DNA of 35,124 nt from a virus (lineage: Duplodnaviria > Caudoviricetes), in IMG/VR virus record IMGVR_UViG_3300023284_000556, positions 1 through 35,124 of that record. The stretch is one strand, 5' to 3'. The notes under the pieces were generated by a model, which saw only the letters and a list, made by a program, of their open reading frames with translations, was not told the origin of the DNA and searched no databases. This document shows positions 34,420 through 35,124 of the stretch, piece by piece. The translations under genes and the position numbers were made by a program. How positions within the stretch are numbered: the first letter of the stretch is position 1; the number at the start of each line of letters is the position of its first letter.

Positions 34420-35124
34420 TTAAGCGGCCAATTTTTGAATTTTAAGAGCTTCAAAATTAGTCACATCTCCGCCAACACGTTTAGTGGTGTAGAACTTAAT
34501 CAACGGCTTATCAGTAAATGGATCCCGAAGAACCCTAATACCTAAACGATCTACAATAGTATAACCCACTCCAAAATCACCGTAAACGATGGACAGTGAA
34601 TCAGCGGCAATAATTGGCATATCATTGGCAAACAATACCCTTTTACCCATTAATATCATTCCTGCCCCTTCTGGCAACATTTCAAAATTAAGAAGATAAT
34701 TACCATTACCATCTTTCAATTTGAGAATATCCCCCCATGTTGCACGTTTCAACATGAATACTGCATTGGCATCATATTCTTGTTTCAACTGATTTTGCAG
34801 GGCAATAATACCGTCGGCTTTAACCGCACCTGAAACACCAGAATTAACCTGTTCAATTGCACCACGTTCATATGTATCAAACGCAGCCCACGCAGGAAAA
34901 TCCAGGAATCCTTTTGGTTTATTCGCACCATCACCAACAGTAAACGCTGTATTTTCATCCCTTGTGAGCTTCCTATCAATTTCATCATTGATAAGGGCTT
35001 CAATATTAATAGATGAATCGTCAAGCATTTTTTGGCTAACACGAGGTTGCGCAAATTGTTCATGGGTGGCAATAGTAAGCCTTCCAAATTGAGCGTTGTC
35101 GGTGTTACCACGAGTCTGTACTTC
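34420..35124 (-). CDS. Major capsid protein, HK97 fold (5' part outside the window)
   Basis: Frame is open to the window end (EVQTRG...PRVSQKMLDDS); E..AF.VGDG.NKPKG, LKDGNGNYL, YGDF..GY.IVDR.G..VLRDPF and KRVGG. Confidence 0.96.
   Translation of the reverse strand, partial: EVQTRGNTDNAQFGRLTIATHEQFAQPRVSQKMLDDSSINIEALINDEIDRKLTRDENTAFTVGDGANKPKGFLDFPAWAAFDTYERGAIEQVNSGVSGAVKADGIIALQNQLKQEYDANAVFMLKRATWGDILKLKDGNGNYLLNFEMLPEGAGMILMGKRVLFANDMPIIAADSLSIVYGDFGVGYTIVDRLGIRVLRDPFTDKPLIKFYTTKRVGGDVTNFEALKIQKLAA

Larger units (their letters stand above)
1..35124. mobile_element. Tailed dsDNA phage genome fragment (HK97-type head, Mu-like contractile tail, PolB/SNF2 replication module)
   Basis: Capsid, sheath, tube, tape measure, baseplate, endolysin, holin and phage replication genes in typical order. 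No host housekeeping genes and no integrase, so free phage versus prophage cannot be decided. Confidence 0.97.

Noticed and set aside
1005-35111. Remaining overlapping or antisense ORFs in the track (e.g. 1005-1295, 1283-1570, 4995-5333, 11272-11619, 20343-20852, 33981-34445, 34785-35111)
   Set aside because: They are shadows of confidently assigned genes, with no recognisable motifs of their own.

Overview
The whole window is a fragment of an AT-rich tailed dsDNA phage (or prophage) genome with two convergent arms that meet at about 9772. The + strand (1-9771) is an early/replication arm: tRNA-Glu(UUC), DUF2815-type ssDNA-binding protein, family B DNA polymerase, a DUF6378-like protein, VRR-NUC nuclease and SNF2-type helicase. 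These are interspersed with small accessory ORFs, and three near-identical sigma70 promoter/operator boxes head the SSB gene and two accessory islands. The - strand (9774-35124) is the late arm: HK97-fold major capsid (truncated at the window edge), a long cluster of putative head-decoration genes, neck proteins, a Mu-like contractile tail and baseplate with a -1 frameshifting tail chaperone, a tail fibre, a lysis cassette and a second fibre module. No integrase, terminase, portal, reverse transcriptase or CRISPR array is visible. The most notable observations are: (i) a lysis cassette with no obvious spanin that holds an unannotated 44-aa Pro/Arg/Lys-rich peptide coupled to a membrane-anchored permuted papain-like protein; (ii) one ~70-aa beta-rich domain inserted five times into three virion proteins, once nested inside itself; (iii) an accessory island built from variable segments between near-identical DNA linkers; (iv) a (TAAAATC)7 array in the SSB leader; (v) an exported PD-(D/E)XK-like protein. 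All family calls come from motif recognition by eye, with no database searches.
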